From: Octopus sinensis
Lineage: Eukaryota
Assembly (NCBI RefSeq): GCF_006345805.1
Contig: NC_042997.1
Span: forward strand, 155,372,001 to 155,436,000
Direction: 5' to 3'
DNA length: 64,000 nucleotides
Shown: positions 63,760 to 64,000 of the stretch, in pieces
Position numbering within the stretch: position 1 is the first letter of the stretch
How the letters are laid out: each line of letters starts with the position of its first letter
Program-made: the position numbers and the translations under genes
Notes under the pieces: model-generated
Databases searched by the model: none
What the model saw: only the letters and a program-made list of their open reading frames with translations
Told to the model about the DNA's origin: nothing

Positions 63760-64000
63760 ATCTGTACTACTTACTGTAGTGTATGCCTGTAAGACATGAG
63801 CAGTTTATGAACACCACGTCAAAAACCGAAACTGCTTTCACATGAACTGTTGGAGAAAGCTGCTGAAAAGCACCTGGCATAACAAGGTCGCTTGCGCGAA
63901 TGCCCGACACGTCTCCCCAAGAGGCTGTTTAATAGTGAACTGGCAGGAACCAAGCGCACGCAAGGTGGACAGAAAAAGCATGTCAAGGACACACTCAAAA
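63760..64000 (+). mobile_element. RTE-BovB-like LINE fragment running off the window end
   Basis: ARMPDT..., RLFNSELAGTKRTQGGQKKHVKDTLK. Confidence 0.75.

Overview
AT-rich, repeat-dense eukaryotic DNA, very probably Octopus (inferred from the tRNA-derived SINE families, RTE 3' tails and microsatellite load). It holds two convergent, intron-rich genes, both assembled by hand because the ORF track misses most exons. (1) Plus strand: the last five exons (12430-28193) of peroxisomal trans-2-enoyl-CoA reductase (PECR), ending in the peroxisomal targeting signal SKL; I did not find the 5' exons in the window. (2) Minus strand: a complete 9-exon, 1293-nt CDS (57685 to 35335) encoding a 430-aa protein with an MGxxxS myristoylation motif, a TIR_2-type TIR domain retaining the catalytic-position Glu, an EF-hand-like pair and four HEAT/PBS repeats. 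This is the most interesting feature. The rest is mostly SINEs, RTE and CR1 LINE fragments, mariner, pogo, hAT and Helitron-like DNA elements, a 22-bp minisatellite and microsatellites. The PECR introns also carry several minimal hammerhead-ribozyme-like motifs of the Penelope/retrozyme type, one inside a 758-bp foldback just before the last exon. An intron of the TIR gene holds a palindromic transposon built from two transposon 3' ends. Repeat coordinates are approximate; exon coordinates were counted base by base.
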